Shown piece after piece: positions 13,400-27,453 of a DNA stretch of 64,000 bases (positions are counted from its first letter, which is position 1; each line of letters opens with the position of its first letter). A program made the translations under genes and the position numbers. The notes beneath the pieces were generated by a model. The model worked only from the letters and a program-made list of their open reading frames with translations. It was not told the DNA's origin and did no database searches. Source of the stretch: the human T2T-CHM13v2.0 reference genome, Homo sapiens; assembly GCF_009914755.1 (NCBI RefSeq), contig NC_060926.1. One strand, 5' to 3'.

Positions 13400-16300
13400 C
13401 AAAAAGGCAAATCTACAATTATAGTTGTACATTTTAATAGTTTTCTCAGCAATTGACAGAACAAGTAGAAAAAAAGTCAATAAAAGTACCAAAAAAAACC
13501 CCCAAAACCCAATATCATCCACCACTTTAATAGACGTGAATAGAATGCTATCCCAAGCAACAGAGTATACTTTCCTTTTGAATGCACATGGAATGTTTAC
13601 AGAGGTATACTATATGCTGGGCCATAATGGGAGACTCAATAAGTTTCAAAACTGAAAATATCACAGCATATATTGTCTAACTACAAATATATGGAACTAA
13701 ATATTTGGCCCACATATTTAGAGTTAAATATTTTGTACAAATATTTAGAATTAAAACACCCTTTATATAACTATAGCTAAAAGAAAAGTTACAGGGGAAT
13801 TAAATTATTCTTTAACTGAAGAACAGTAAAATACAATGTATCAAAATTTGTAAAGCTGCTGAGAGGCAAATTCATAGCTTTCAATCTTTATGTAAGAAAA
13901 GATAGAAAAGTTAAAATTAATCATTTTAGTCCTGACATAAAGTTAAATGAAAACAAGAAAAACAAATCAAAATTAAAGTGGAAGGTTAAGAAACACTACA
14001 GTAGAATCAATGACATTGAAATTGGACAAACAATAAAGAAAATTAACAAGGCCAAATATTGGTGCTTCATTAAGAATGAAATTAGCAATCTCTAAAAACT
14101 TCATCAAGGACAAAAGTGACAGAAAACACAAATTGCCAATACTAGAAATAGTGGATGTAGCTGCAGATCCTATATTCTTTAAAAGGATACAAAGATAAAT
14201 ATTATATAACTATTATACCAGTAAATTTGGTAAATAATATAAATTGATAAATATCTTGAAACTCAATTTACCAAATTGACAGAAAAGAAGTAGAAAATCT
14301 GAATATATAAAATTACATACAAATATTTAATATAAATTAATTTATAAATGTAATTTATATTTATATTTTTAAAAAATTATATTTTTTTTATCTTTTTTTT
14401 ATATTTTTAAAAAAGATTCGGAACTAAATATTTGGCCCACATATTTGGAATTAAATATTTGGCCCAAATATTTGACAAAACTTTTTGACAAGTGAAATAC
14501 CAAGCTCAGATAGTTTCACTATTAAAATCTGTAAAACATTTCTTTTTAAAATACCAATTATACATAAACCTTTTCAGAATTAAGAGAATAAAGTTACAGT
14601 TCCAAATCATTTTATGAAGACTGTGTTACCCTGATTGAAAACATGACAAAGACCTTACAAAAAATGAAAATTATGTTCCAGTGTTTCTTATGACATAGAC
14701 TTAACACTCTTTTGCAAAATAATTCCAAATCGAGTCCAGCAATATATAAAATAGATAGTACATTATTACCAGGTGAGGTTTATCCCAGGAATTCAAGTTT
14801 GGTTTAACATAAGAAAAATCAATCAACGTAATACAACATCTTAACAGAATAATAACACAGTAGTTTCAGCAAGTACAGAAAAGCCACTAGACAAAATTTA
14901 ACCCATTGCTGATAAAATTTATAGCATGCTAGGAATAGAAGAGACATTGTTTTTCTGATAAAAACTTTAAAAGTTCTACAGGTAACATCATAATTAATGG
15001 TAAATTATTGAATGCTTTCCTTCTAAGACTGGGAACAATGCAAGGATGTCCATTCTTACTACCTATTTAACGTGGTATTAGGTGCCTTAGCTAGTGAATA
15101 GATGGAGAGGAAGGGCACAAGGATTGGAAAGAAATAGGAAAAAATTGTCTTTTTTCACATATATAATATCAACTTTTTTACATAAAAATTGCTGAGATCT
15201 ACAACCACTAGATTTATGAAACAAATTTAGCAAAAACAAAGCTTACAAATCAATGTACAAAATTAAATTGTGTCTGTCTACTAGCAAAAAGAAAGAAAGA
15301 AAAATGTATTTACCGTAGCATCAGGAAACATGAAATAATGAGAATTTTAAAAATATGCAAGCCCTCTATACTGAAATCTTCAAAGTATTGATGTAAGTAA
15401 AAAAGACCTAAAATAATGGGAGAAAGATACCATGTTTATAGATTGGAAGGCTCAGTTTAATTGTGGTTAATTCTACCAAATTGATCGATCCATGGATTCA
15501 ATACAATTCTGATTAAAATCACAATGGGATTGTTAGTAAAAACTGAAAAGTTATTTCTAATAAGGTAATGTAAATTACCTAGAACAAAAACAAATTAATT
15601 TTGAGAGAGAAGACCAAAATCTGGGCAAGCATACCTGATGTCAGAACTTACCTTAAACTCTTATCAAGTCAGGGTGATATTAATGTAATAATAATAAATG
15701 AACTGTATTGTAGAGTTTAGAAATATCCATACATACATGGTTAATTTTTTTTCCCACAAATGTGACAAAAAATTCAATGGAAAAAAGAAAGTCTTTTTGA
15801 CAAATGGTTTTGAAATAACTAGCTAAATATATGGGAAAAAATTATGAAAATTATCTCCTACTTATGCTACATAAAACTATTTGAGGTGGATCATAGACAT
15901 AAAAGTAGAAGCTTTTGTAATCTTATACGTAACTTTCATTAAAAAACATAGAATGTCATTATGAACTTTGGATGGATAGTGATTTCCTGGAAATGACCCC
16001 AAAAGCACTACACATGAACAAAAAAAGGATACAATGGACTTTATCAAAAATAAAACATTTTCTGTTAATCTATAAACACTATCAGCAAACTGAAAAAGCA
16101 AGTGGCTATATTCCCAATACGTGTATCTGAAAAAGGATCTGTATCCAGACTATATAAAAAACTCCTAAAAATCACAAATAAAAAGACAAAACACCTAATA
16201 AAAGTGGGCAGTAGACTTCTACAGGGAGTTAGTTTATTAAAGAGAACATAAAAGAGGCAATGAACACACGAAACTGAGCAATATTATTATTCAACAGGGA

Positions 16301-17000
16301 AATATAAATTTAAAACACATTACTATAGCATCACTCATCCAATATATTGTCTCAAATGAAAAAGACTGTCAATATCTTGTTTCTGAGAATGTGACATAAT
16401 GAGAACTCTCTTAACTGCTGGTGGAAATGCAAAATTATATTATTACTTTGGAAAACAGTTGCACAGTTTCTTATAATGTTAAACCTCCCATGATTTAACA
16501 GTTACATTCTAGATATTTACCAAGAGACAAGAAAACATATGTCTACAAAAAGATCTTAGAAGAATGTTTGTGGTAGTTTCATGTCTAATAACTAAGAACT
16601 GACAAAACCATGAATGTCCATCCATAGTACAATGGATAAATCACTTGTGGTATATTTGTAACATGAAATGCTAATCAGCAACAAAACCAATGTGTTATTG
16701 ATAAGTACAACACGTATGAAACTCAGAAACTTTAATTTAGTAGAAGAATACAGACACAAAATAATACATATTAGTCTATTTTTATAGATATCAAGGACAG
16801 GCAAAACTGATTTATAATGATAAAAATTGAAGAATCGTCACCCATAATAGATGAGATTTGACTGAAAGTAGGCATAAGAGACATTCTGGTGGGCTAGAAA
16901 TATTCTTTATTTTTAATAAGTTGGAGATTATATATCTTATATGATTCATAAATTTATCATGATCTGTGCATTTCATTGTATATAAATTTTACCCCCCACC
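13400..17000 (+). mobile_element. Old L1M (ME/MC-type) ORF2-to-3'UTR remnant
   Basis: A-rich sequence with degenerate L1 ORF2 motifs (AIDRTSRKK; gggtttatcccaggaatt-like; ctaagactgggaacaatgcaaggatgtcc) and an old L1 3'UTR. Confidence 0.8.
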
Positions 17001-17019
17001 TCCAAAAATGTGATGGTTG

Positions 17020-17225
17020 GAGAGTCAGAAATCTGGATTTAAATTCAGTTTCTCCATTCACTAGCTTTAGGCAAGTTATACAACTTTACAAAATTGCAGT
17101 TTCATCATATGTATTGTGGGGTAATAATAATCCTTACTTCAGAGCCATGATGAGAATCAAGTAAGATAATATATGCAGAATATTTACTAGACAGCTAAGT
17201 GCCTAGTAAAGATGTTATTATAAAA
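17020..17225 (+). mobile_element. MIR remnant
   Basis: ggcaagttat...cagtttcatcatatgta...ggggtaataataatccttacttcagag...gataatatatg core similarity. Confidence 0.65.
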
Positions 17226-17383
17226 TGAGAACATGGTTTTTTAAAGTTATTAATATAAATAAATAATATGAGGCCAAATGTCATTAATGAATAATTAATA
17301 ATGTTACCATTTAAATGATTCTTTATAATGTACAAATTGAGTATTTAAAGATAACATAATGTCTCGTTAAAAGGATACATCGA

Positions 17384-17660
17384 CACTTTGGGAGGCCAAG
17401 GCGGGTGGATCACCTGTGGTCAGGAGTTCAAGACCAGCCTGGCTAACGTGGTGAAACCCAGTCTCTATAAAAATAAAAAAAATTAGCTGGGTGTGGTGGT
17501 GCGTGCCTGTAGTCCCAGCTACTCAGGAAGCTGAGACAGGAGAATCTCTTGAACTCGGGAGTGGAGGTTGCAGTGAGCTGAGATTGCGCCACTGCACTCC
17601 AGCCTGGGTAGCTGAGTGAGACTCCATCTCAAAAAAAAAAAAAAAAAAAAAAAAAAGGGG
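17384..17660 (+). mobile_element. 5'-truncated AluS
   Basis: Starts at cactttgggaggcc; A-tail; perfect 13-bp TSD aaggatacatcga at 17371-17383 and 17661-17673. Confidence 0.95.
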
Positions 17661-17704
17661 AAGGATACATCGAAATCATAATTTAGAAGGGAAGCAACCT
17701 ATAA

Positions 17705-18620
17705 TTAAAAATCCAACCATCTGACAAAGGTCTAATATCCAGAATTTGCAAGGAACTTAAACTTATTTATAAGAAAAAAACAACCCCATCACAAAGCGGG
17801 CAAAGGATATGAAGAGACACTTCTCAAAAGAAGACATTTATGCAGCCAAGAAGCATATGAAAAAAAAACTCAACATCACTGATCATCAGAGAAATGCAAA
17901 TCAAAACCACAATGAGGTACCATCTCACACCAGTCAGAAGGGTGATTATTAAAAAGTCAGGAAAAAATAGATGCTGGCAAGGCTGTGGAGAAATATAAAT
18001 GTTTTTACACTGTTGGTGGGGATGTAAATTAGTTCAGTTATTGTGGAAGACAGTGTGGCGATTCCTCAAGGATCTAGAACTAGAACTACCATTTGACCCA
18101 GAGATCTCATTACTGGGTATATACCCAAAGGAATACAAATCATGCTACTATAAAGACAAATGCACGCGTATGTTTATTGCAGCACTATTTCCAATAGCAA
18201 AGACTTGGAACCAACCCAAATGCCCATCAATGATAGATTGGATAAAGAAAAGGTGGTACATATATCCCATATCCCATGGAATACTCTGCAGCCATAAAAA
18301 GGAATGAGATAATGTCCTTTGCAGGGACATGGATGAAGCTGGAAGCTATCATCCTTAGCAAACTAACACAGGAACAGAAAACCAAACACCACATGTTCTC
18401 ACCCAGAAGTGGGAGTTGAACAATGAGAACACATGGACACAGAGAGGGGAACAACACACACCAGGACCCATTAGGGGGTGGGAGGCGAGGGGAGGGAACT
18501 TAGAGGATGGGTCAATAGGTGCAGCAAACCACCATGGCACACGTATACTGTATAACTAACCTGCACATTCTGCACATGTATCCCATTTTGTTTTGGAAGA
18601 AATTTTTAAAAAGAAGAAGA
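17705..18620 (+). mobile_element. L1PA (older primate, ~PA8-PA13) 3' fragment
   Basis: Track ORF 17999..18307 has L1 ORF2 C-terminal motifs (WKTVWRFLKDL, WNQPKCPSMIDWIKK); L1PA 3'UTR ggtgcagcaaaccaccatggcacac. Confidence 0.9.
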
Positions 18621-19329
18621 AAAACGTCTTTTTATTGTAAAATAAACAGAAACCTATTACCCAAAGTTTTGAAATGAGAAACAGAAAACAAATTATTCAT
18701 AATCCCACAATCTATCAAAACCACTTCTTTAATATTACAAATAATCTTAATATCTAACACAACCAATTAGTTTAAGTCAATGAACATGCATACATTGGTA
18801 TCTGTCATTTTCATTTATTTGGTAGTTTTTATTATAGCTCGTTGTTTACTTTCTTGTCTTTTTTCTTTTCTTTTGTAAAACAGTCTTCCTTTAAAATATT
18901 ATGTACATATTTTGCATTTTTTAGTTAACTAGGTTAAATACTATATTTTTGTCTAAAACCCTCCTTAAATAATGAACTATAAAAATTCTATTAAATGATA
19001 TAAGATGATTAACAAAGCATGTTTTCATTTTATGTTGATCACAGTAGATAATAAATTATTAGAATTTGTAGTAGAGTTAAAGCATAGCATTTTCAATATA
19101 TATTACTACTAGTCTTCTTGTTATCTGGAGGTCTTACTAAATATGACATAATTGTGACAACATTAAATCTTATTGATGCCTTTACCAAAATTCTTTATAA
19201 TGTTGATTAAGTAAATAAATCTTTAGTCTTTACTATGTGCAAGACATTATGAATTCAGTGGAGATATGAATGGAGAAGAAATGAGCTTGTGGATGTAAGA
19301 TATATTTGTGGCAGTTTCAAATCAATAGA

Positions 19330-19630
19330 TCTGAGATTGTAAGTTGTTTACAAGCCCAAATTCAGATGACATATATATTTTGATCACTGGCACTGTGTTT
19401 TACCAAAATACAAACTGTTTACCATCGCTTAAAATTGGGAGCTCTCATATAAAATTTCAGACTTCTGGCCTCATCTTTCATACATAAGATCTGACAGTTT
19501 CAGATTGGAATTGCTCACTTCCACCAGGCAACAATTAACTGGGACAGAGTAGCAGGTGTTCCATTTAGAGGGCATACCTCAAGTTTTCCAGAGACACCAC
19601 CTGGCCAGCCTCATTCAAGTTACCTGCTTA
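19330..19630 (+). mobile_element. MER102-like hAT-Charlie DNA transposon remnant
   Basis: aaaattgggagctctcatataaaatttcagacttctggc...agatctgacag...ggcaacaattaactgggacagagtagcag...tttagagggcat resembles the recalled MER102 consensus. Confidence 0.55.
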
Positions 19631-20074
19631 GGGTTTAACAAACCCTCCTCACAAGGAAAAGGAAATAAATAGCAAAGCAAGGAGAGAAACTACATTTGGC
19701 ACTCTGCTTTCATTTCATAGGCACTAAATATTTGAGAAAGGGAGAAAAACAAGTAGGAAAAAACAATACAATAAAAGAGATGAGAAGTTTGACATAAAGA
19801 ACTCTTGCTTCCAACTTTCCCACTTCAACAGCTATTCAGTAATACCCACCCCCAAGTCCGCTTGTTTTTTCAATGTTGTGCCTGGGTAGGTGTTGAGTTA
19901 TTACATTAGCCTACTACCTTGCTCATTTAATACATCTCTACTCCCAACTGTTGCCCTTTTGAAGTACCTCTTGTGAATGTCTTGGAGTAAGTGCTTATAT
20001 GAATGTTGTTTTCTCGATTCAAAAACAGTTTGACATATTATTAAAATGCAAATCTTTGTTTGATTTTTACACAG

Positions 20075-20191
20075 GCTGAAGAGATCACTTTAACAATTGG
20101 CCAAGCATTTGACCTGGCATACAGGAAATTTCTAGAATCAGGAGGAAAAGATGTTGAAACAAGAAAACAGATCGCAGGGTTACAAAAAAGA
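20075..20191 (+). CDS. GULP1: GULP1 internal coding exon (end of PTB domain / start of coiled coil; ~A134-R172)
   Basis: ttttacacag|GCT acceptor and AGA|gtgagt donor; 117 nt, phase 0-0. Translates [48 protein letters not shown] is the typical PTB C-terminal helix and matches recalled GULP1/CED-6. Confidence 0.97.
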
Positions 20192-20863
20192 GTGAGTAAA
20201 CTAAGCTTGTTGTTTTACATTTGTGTGATGTAAGTACAGGGAAACTTGCATATCGTCAAACAAATTTAGAAGCCCTGCCATTAAATTTCACCCACACTGA
20301 CTGATTGGAACTGCTTTCACCGTGTTCCCATAATTTTTCGTTCCTGATCCCCTGCACAGTTTTTTTTTTTTAACTATTTTATATTGAATTCCCACAAGAA
20401 CTTAGTGTTCTCATGTGACTTTGCTTCACTTCCTGATGCTTCTCATGGGGATCAGAGCAGCAGAAGCAGCAGATGCTGGGTAAGTGGTTTTCCATGCAGA
20501 TCAGATTCCTTGGTAATTAAATTATGCCTTTCTCCACTCTTCAAAATCATCATAAGCAAGTTTCACTGTCTTGTGGTTATATTCCAAGATTATGGGTATA
20601 GATTGCACAGTCCAACAAGAAAACACAATGTTGAGATATTAGGAACATAAAATTTGCACACACATAAAAATATATTATAAATTTAAGTCTTTCAATGATC
20701 TAGAATCCTCCAGCATTTCCCAAGCTTTATCAAACAATTTTCTCCCCACGCACAACAAAGTACATTAAAGTTTTACGTAATATAAATTCCTACTCATAAC
20801 TGTAGCCAATATTTTCCAAGAAAAAAAAAACAGAAAGTTATTCAATAATGATTTTCTTTTTAG

Positions 20864-20956
20864 ATCCAAGACTTAGAAACAGAAAATATGGAACTTAAAA
20901 ATAAAGTACAAGATTTGGAAAACCAACTGAGAATAACTCAAGTATCAGCACCTCCA
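20864..20956 (+). CDS. GULP1: GULP1 internal coding exon (leucine zipper; ~I173-P203)
   Basis: ttttctttttag|ATC acceptor and CCA|gtgagt donor; 93 nt, phase 0-0. Translates [31 protein letters not shown], with heptad leucines continuing from the previous exon. Confidence 0.97.
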
Positions 20957-21711
20957 GTGAGTATATTGAATATCCTTAGAAACAAGATTTTATGGTGATA
21001 AAACATCTGTGTATCACTAGTTCTGCAATATTTCATATAATACTTGGGGATCAGTAATTTCAAAGTAAACATGGATAGAGATGAAGGCTGCTAAGCAGTT
21101 TAATTTAAAACTTAAAATTACCTAGTCAGTTCAAATCAGAGTTGTTTTCTATGTTGCTGTTTTCCTCTGGGTTTTCTAACATAATTCAACCCTCAGGTTA
21201 GTCTTAAGTTTTATTACATAATATAATTTTTCTCTTTGTGGCATATTCTTCTTTTGTTTCTATTAATTACTATTTGCTGGGTTAGATTTAATGACCTATG
21301 CCAGTCTCCCCTTGAAGTGCTCAACTTCATTGTAGGAATTCAACTGTGAGCAAGACTGAACCTGGTTTCTTATATTACATGGTAAGGGTTCCCGCTGGGA
21401 GTGAGGCAATTGTATTTCAAACATTAAAATGAGTGGTATTCTCTGCAGACAAAACTCAAGTCTTTGTAGTTAAAATATTTATGTCTGACTTGTCACAGTT
21501 TTGAAATCCTTTTCCCAATACCATGTATGATATCATTATTACATGATTTTGGCAAAGGGAATTTATTGGAGGGAGGTGGAATTTAAAACAATATTTTTTC
21601 TAGGCAAAATATATTCAGGAAAAGATATTTTTCTGTTTGAATCATCTGTACTACTGATATTCTTTATTAAAGTGTATTTATTATTCTTCATTTAAAAATA
21701 TTTAATATCTA

Positions 21712-22000
21712 TGCCAAGCACAGTGGCTTATATCTGTAATCCCAACATTTTGGGAGGCCAAGGCAGGCAGATCATTTGAGCCCAGGGGTTCAAGACCAGT
21801 CTGGCAACATGGTGAAACCTTGTCTCTACAAAAAATACAAAAAATTATCCAGGCATATTGGCACACACCTGTAGTCTCAGCCACTGAGGAGGCTGAGGTA
21901 AGAGGATGGCATGAGCCCAGAGGTCATGGCTGCAGTGATCCATGATAGCACCACTCCACTGCAGCCTGGGTGACAGAGAAAGACTCTGTTTCAAAAAAAA
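21712..22000 (+). mobile_element. AluJ
   Basis: Diverged dimeric Alu with J-type features; TSD ttaatatcta at 21702-21711 and 22001-22010. Confidence 0.92.
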
Positions 22001-23554
22001 TTAATATCTAACTTATAACATAAACATGAACTGAAAAAAGAAATTTGTTGCAAAATTTTTTATGGAAGCTTATTGTGCTTCAATACGTAGGATAAACTCA
22101 ATGAAAATGTTCATTTCTTAATATCTAATACTAGAATCATTCACAAGCTCATCACTATGAAAAAGGATGTTTCTATAGAAGTTTCATTTAGGGTTTCAAA
22201 CTTGGCACACTCTGGAAATGGGTCAAAAAATGATTTTTCCTGTAAACTCACATTTTTCCACCTCCCATTTGAAAGAGTGAGTATTTCCATTGCTTGGCAG
22301 ATGGTTTGTGCCAGTAGGGCTCCTATGGCCTTGATGAGAGAGGTTGGGACTGAGGTACCAATGTATCTATGCTGGAGCATCCTCTTCAGGTTCTGGTTTT
22401 ATTCTGATATTCCTTCTTATTTTTTCTTGTCACTGTCTGCTGCTCACCAGGATTATGATTTTTTTCTTGCCTCTCTCGCTGCTAGGGACAGAACATCAGT
22501 TCAAACTCATTATTCAACCTTCCATCCCAAGATGGAACACACATCCTCTTGGGTTTTGTTGAAATTCATATTGTAAGCCATGTTGCGAAATATGCTAGGA
22601 GAATAAGAATAAATGTACTTCATTTATGTGAAGGGAAGTAACTTTTTCAAGGAGTTTTGATAACGTAGTTGTTTCTGGAATTCATCACATATGAAGAGTA
22701 GCTTTGCTTTCATTTTTGTGTTGACAAAGGAGTAAAATAAGCTCCATCACCTTTTTGGATGCAAATCCAAACCTGGTCATTGTGTAACCTCTTTATCTGA
22801 GGAAGAACATTTGAGAGGAGCAAAGAGGTTTCAAACATATTAATAAAACTGCAGCCTACCTTTTTTATCTTCCCAAAGCAGACACTGCTCTGAGAAGAAG
22901 GTGGGTCAGGATTATTAATGTGCATTGGTGATCTCATAGGGTTACTGAGTCAGCTTCAGAAATGACAAAGGACAGGAGGAATGACAAGATGACCCTTGCT
23001 TCAGTGTCTTTGACCATTTGGCTGAAATAGCCATTTCAAGTGGAAAGCATGCAAGTTGGTATATAAATGAAACATAGCCTATTCATAAGTATAATTCATT
23101 TATTTAGCAATTCTCATTAGTAGAGCCAGTTATATATAAAGAGTAAAAATAATGAAATAGCTATGTTTTAAAATGAATTAGCACTCCTGAGGTTACATCA
23201 TTTAACAATTATTTTAGGCATTGTGTTCATCTCAGCCTGGATTTATCTAAATAAAATGCTTCAAAAACTACAACTAAGAGGTTGAATTTAAAAACAAATC
23301 ACTTTCTTTAAATCACGGTCTTACACTGAGTTCATATATATGTAGAAAATTTATTGTATCCTTGATCATTATGGAAATAACAAATTATAACTTTGCAATC
23401 TACTTATAGTCTTTTGTCATGTAATGTTGTTGTCTACACTTTTTCTTTAACTTTAAAAATTATTTGTCACATGGCTTTTTAGCTCTTAAAATCTTATCAT
23501 ATGATTTTTTAAATTGTTGATATGCTGGAAGATATACATCTTCATTAAGATAGA

Positions 23555-23865
23555 ATCTGGAGGACATTATACTAAGTGAAATAAGCCATGCACAGAAAGA
23601 CAAATATCACGTGATGTCACTCATATGTGGAATCCAAGAAAGTCAAACTCATAGAAGCAGAGAGTAGACTAGTGGTTGCTGGGGGCTGGGGCAGAGTTGT
23701 GGAGAAAGGGTCTAGAAGATGATCAAAGGATGCAACATTTTAATTAGGAGAAATAAGTTCAAGAGATCTCTTGTACAACATGGTGATTATAGTTAATAAC
23801 AAGGTATTATATACTTGAAAATTGCCAAGAGTAGTTTTAATTGTTCTCACAACAAATATGTGAAA
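23555..23865 (+). mobile_element. L1MA 3'-end fragment
   Basis: ctggaggacattatactaagtgaaataagcc...agaaataagttcaagagatct...aaaattgccaagagtag. Confidence 0.8.
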
Positions 23866-25177
23866 ATAGAATTTATTTGATTTTTAGAAGAAAGTGAACT
23901 CAAGAGCATTTTAAAATTGCTAAAATTTAAATGTAAAATTAAATGCTAAAATGTAAAATGTAAATTAATGAGATATCTAACCAATTCAAATGGTTTAAAA
24001 AACATTGTTACAGCATTTGCTAATGTGTTTCCTATTAAAAAACATTTTTGCCTTTCATTTCAAATTTTAGTAATGTAGCTATGAAATAAACTCGTAGAAC
24101 ACTTAAGTACAGCTTATTTATCTCATATCTATTCAAATGAGCTCCCAAATTCCTGATATTAAAATAAAACAAAAATAGTTACCTGCAATTATTTTTGAAG
24201 ATTTATTAATGATTCAGATTATTGAATTTGAAAAACAGACAATGCAAATTGCAAATAATAAAATGTGAATTTAAAATATTTAATAGCTTACCATGTGTCT
24301 GCAATAAAGCAAATTTCTGTTAAGTTAGAAATGTTTTACATCTGTTCTTTCTTATGAAATTTGAACATCAGTTTTACAGGACACACAGCAGGAACACAAA
24401 GTACCTCACAGAGTGCCCCCATGGCTAGCAAAGTAAATGTTTAATGAGTTTATAACCCTGGAAATAGGACTCTGTGGGTTTTATGTGTTTGTTTTGAGCT
24501 CAGAGGACTGAGGATTAGAGTGCTCCAAAATGAGTAAGTTCTCATCAGTTTATTCAAAGGATTAGAGGCAGTGATCTACACATTCATTAAAGAAGCATTG
24601 AAGTAAATTATGAATCCCGTGATGCATATTGAATTACAACATAGGTGGGTATGGTGTATGCAATTAATTTAGCATCTGATGAGTTTTTAGTGGTGAGAGG
24701 AGCCCCTAACACAGAAAACTCTTCACAACTGACCAGCCCAAGACAGGTCTTGATCCCATTGGAAGCCAAATTTTTCAAGTCACAGAAAGGTGACACTTTT
24801 GTCAAAAATCTCTAATTGAGGTGTAGTTCTTTATAAATGATTTAATGCTATAATTTGGTTCACAAATATATACTTATAAGCACAATAATGTTCTAAAATA
24901 TCTGGATATGCTGGTCTAACACAATATAGTTCACACTAAGCAATTGCTAGTCAAATAAAAGACATATTTAATCTTAGCTTTAGTATAGTCTCTTTGGGGA
25001 AAGGGAAAGAAAAAAAGTAGGAATGGAATTTTGGGAGTTGTGGAATTAAAAGTAAAGTGAAAATAAAAATAATGTAAATCACTATTATAGATATTATTTT
25101 ATTTTCAGTTTATGATGAAGTAGAAGATGAAGCCAGATGTGGCAAGCAACAGAAACATTCTTGATAAAATTTGATTA

Positions 25178-25518
25178 GGCTGGGCATGGTGGCTCATGCC
25201 TATAGTCATAGCACTTTGGGAGGCAGAGGTAGGCTGATAGCTTGAGTCCAGGAGTTGGAGACCAGCCTAGGCAACATGGCAAAGCCCCATTTCTACCAAA
25301 AATACAAAAATTAGCTGGGCATGATGGTGCATGCCTGTAGTCTCAGCTACTTGGGAGGTTGAGGTGGAAAGATTGCTTGAGCCGGGGAGGTGGAGGCTAT
25401 GGTAAGCCTGGGAGGTCAAGGTTGCAATGAGCCGTGATCATGCCACTATATTCCAGCCTGGGTCACAGAGTAAGACCCTGTCTCAAAAACAAACAAACAA
25501 ACAACAACAACAACAAAA
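25178..25518 (+). mobile_element. AluJ with a short internal duplication in the right arm and a (CAAA)/(CAA)n tail
   Basis: ggctgggcatggtggctca...; duplicated ggaggt-gaggct segment near 25385-25425; tail aaacaaacaaacaacaacaac. Confidence 0.92.
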
Positions 25519-26239
25519 CTTGGCTAGATAACTAAAAAATGACAAGCCATCTTCTCTAACAAGAGGTCCAAAGTTAAAGTTGAATTTCCGTAATACAAGA
25601 CAATGATTCAAATCTACCAAATCGTCTAATAATATATTACAGTCTTATTGATGTTGATATCCTTATTCTATGTTAAATCATAAATTTAAAATGTGAGGCC
25701 CAATGCAGTAGAATGATCTACATGGACACCTTTGTATTTTAAAGAGTCTCTGTTTAGGTGAGAACATACGTGCATGTTTCTACTTTCCTCAGAGACACTC
25801 TAAGGGAAGGTTGCTATTTCTTAGAAAGTTTGTCAGTCACTTATATGTTATATACATGAACATGAATTGGTCATACTGATGGATTTTGAATTGCAAACTA
25901 AATAATTTTAGGTTGAAGCCTTGAATAAAAATATTCAAGACTTCTAAAAAGTTCCCTCAAGGTTTTATGGTGTACATTTTAGTTTTGGTTTTGGTCTTCC
26001 TAGTCCCACTGCTTCATCACTGGGATTTTGAAATTGTTCTTAGTAGTAGACCGTATGTTACAATGCATATCACTTTAATTTTCATTTTGTCTCACTTGTC
26101 TATTGTATACATTTGATATAGTTGTGATCTGCTATGGAATATTATAAAATGTGTACTGAAGATCTAATATTTCCATACGTCTAGGCTCTTTGGTTTTTAC
26201 AGTTTATGTATTTCAGATGTTAAAGGGTTTACATCCATG

Positions 26240-27080
26240 GGGGAAAGAAAGAGAGGTTGGTAATAAACACGTAAATATTTCAATAAATACATGTAAAAAT
26301 GTAGATCTTATATATGCTATGAATAAAACAAAATAGAGCAGAATAGAAGAGAATGATTGAGAATTTTGTTTAGAGAAAGTGACCAGGGAAGCAAGCTCCT
26401 TCTAAGGAGGTAGCACTTGAATTGCAATCTGAATGATAAAATGTTAGCAAATGCAACAGGCTGAAAACAATAACAAGAACTTTGCAGCTGCAGTGTAGTG
26501 ACTGAAAGCCAAAATAATTGGAAAAGACATTGAAGAGAAACTCAGAGTCTAGATTTGATAAGCCTTCACAGGCAATGGCAAAGGATTGGTATTTTTTTTA
26601 ATGCAATGATATGTCACTTGAAGGTTTTAAATGGGATTTGTGGATCATCTGGCTGCTATATGCAGCATGGACTCTAAAGAGGCCAAAGTGATATCCCAAA
26701 AGGAGACATTTCAGTAGTCTAGGAGAAGGGTAAATTGGCCTATAATTCTACCTGTGGAGGTTATGAGCAGAGCTTGATTTTTGACACATTTTGAAAGTAG
26801 AGCTTGCAAAATTTACTAATGGATTGGTTGGGGGCAGTACACACACACACACACAAAAGGAGCAGGAATGTCCCTTCAGGTTTTCTCCTTAACATGTGGG
26901 AAGTGATGCCATTTTCTGAAATAGACATGACTTAGGAGTAGTGAGTGGTAAAGAATCAATATTTCACTTTTGCCTACGTTATTTCTGCCAACTAGACAGC
27001 CAATTGGAGATGCTTATTCGATGGCTGAATATACAAATCTGGAATTCATAGAGAAGGTCTGGTCTCATGATGTGTGCTTG
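26240..27080 (+). mobile_element. L2 remnant
   Basis: Purine-rich L2-type motifs (aggaggtagcacttga, gaaggttttaa, ttgaaagtagagc, atggattggttgggg, gatgccattttctga). Confidence 0.6.
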
Positions 27081-27423
27081 AGTGAAAAAAAAAAGCTTGT
27101 CCTTTTTTATTGTCATTGTTTATTGTTTAGTTAATATGCCCAATATAACTTTGGTCACTGTGAGCTTATGTAATTGAGTTCTAGCTAAAGAAAATAATAT
27201 GAGACTACTTTTTTGTTCAGTATTAAAATTAAGACATCCCTAACAATAAAAAGTATACCTTTAATATTTGCTTCCGACCCTTTTCACTTAAAACCAATTC
27301 ACCAATTCTTCATATGCATGATAAATGGAGACCACTCCTATTTCTCACTTTCTCATATAAAAATTGATATGAATATATAACACTTCATGTATATAAAATA
27401 TTTTCTTACTTGTTTTTAAACAG

Positions 27424-27453
27424 AATACTTACATATCTTCTAAATACCACACA
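27424..27453 (+). CDS. GULP1: Weak candidate GULP1 30-nt in-frame small exon (NTYISSKYHT)
   Basis: ttttcttacttgtttttaaacag|AAT...ACA|gttggg; phase 0-0; weak donor. Confidence 0.3.

Noticed and set aside
22157-22576. 139-aa ORF in an intron
   Set aside because: No recognisable domain, Phe/Ser-rich composition typical of T-rich intron, and no convincing flanking splice sites in phase with GULP1.
24380-24432. Possible exon (ttttacag|GAC...CAAA|gtaaat)
   Set aside because: 53 nt, frameshifting, short pyrimidine tract, and it resembles an L2/MIR-type remnant.
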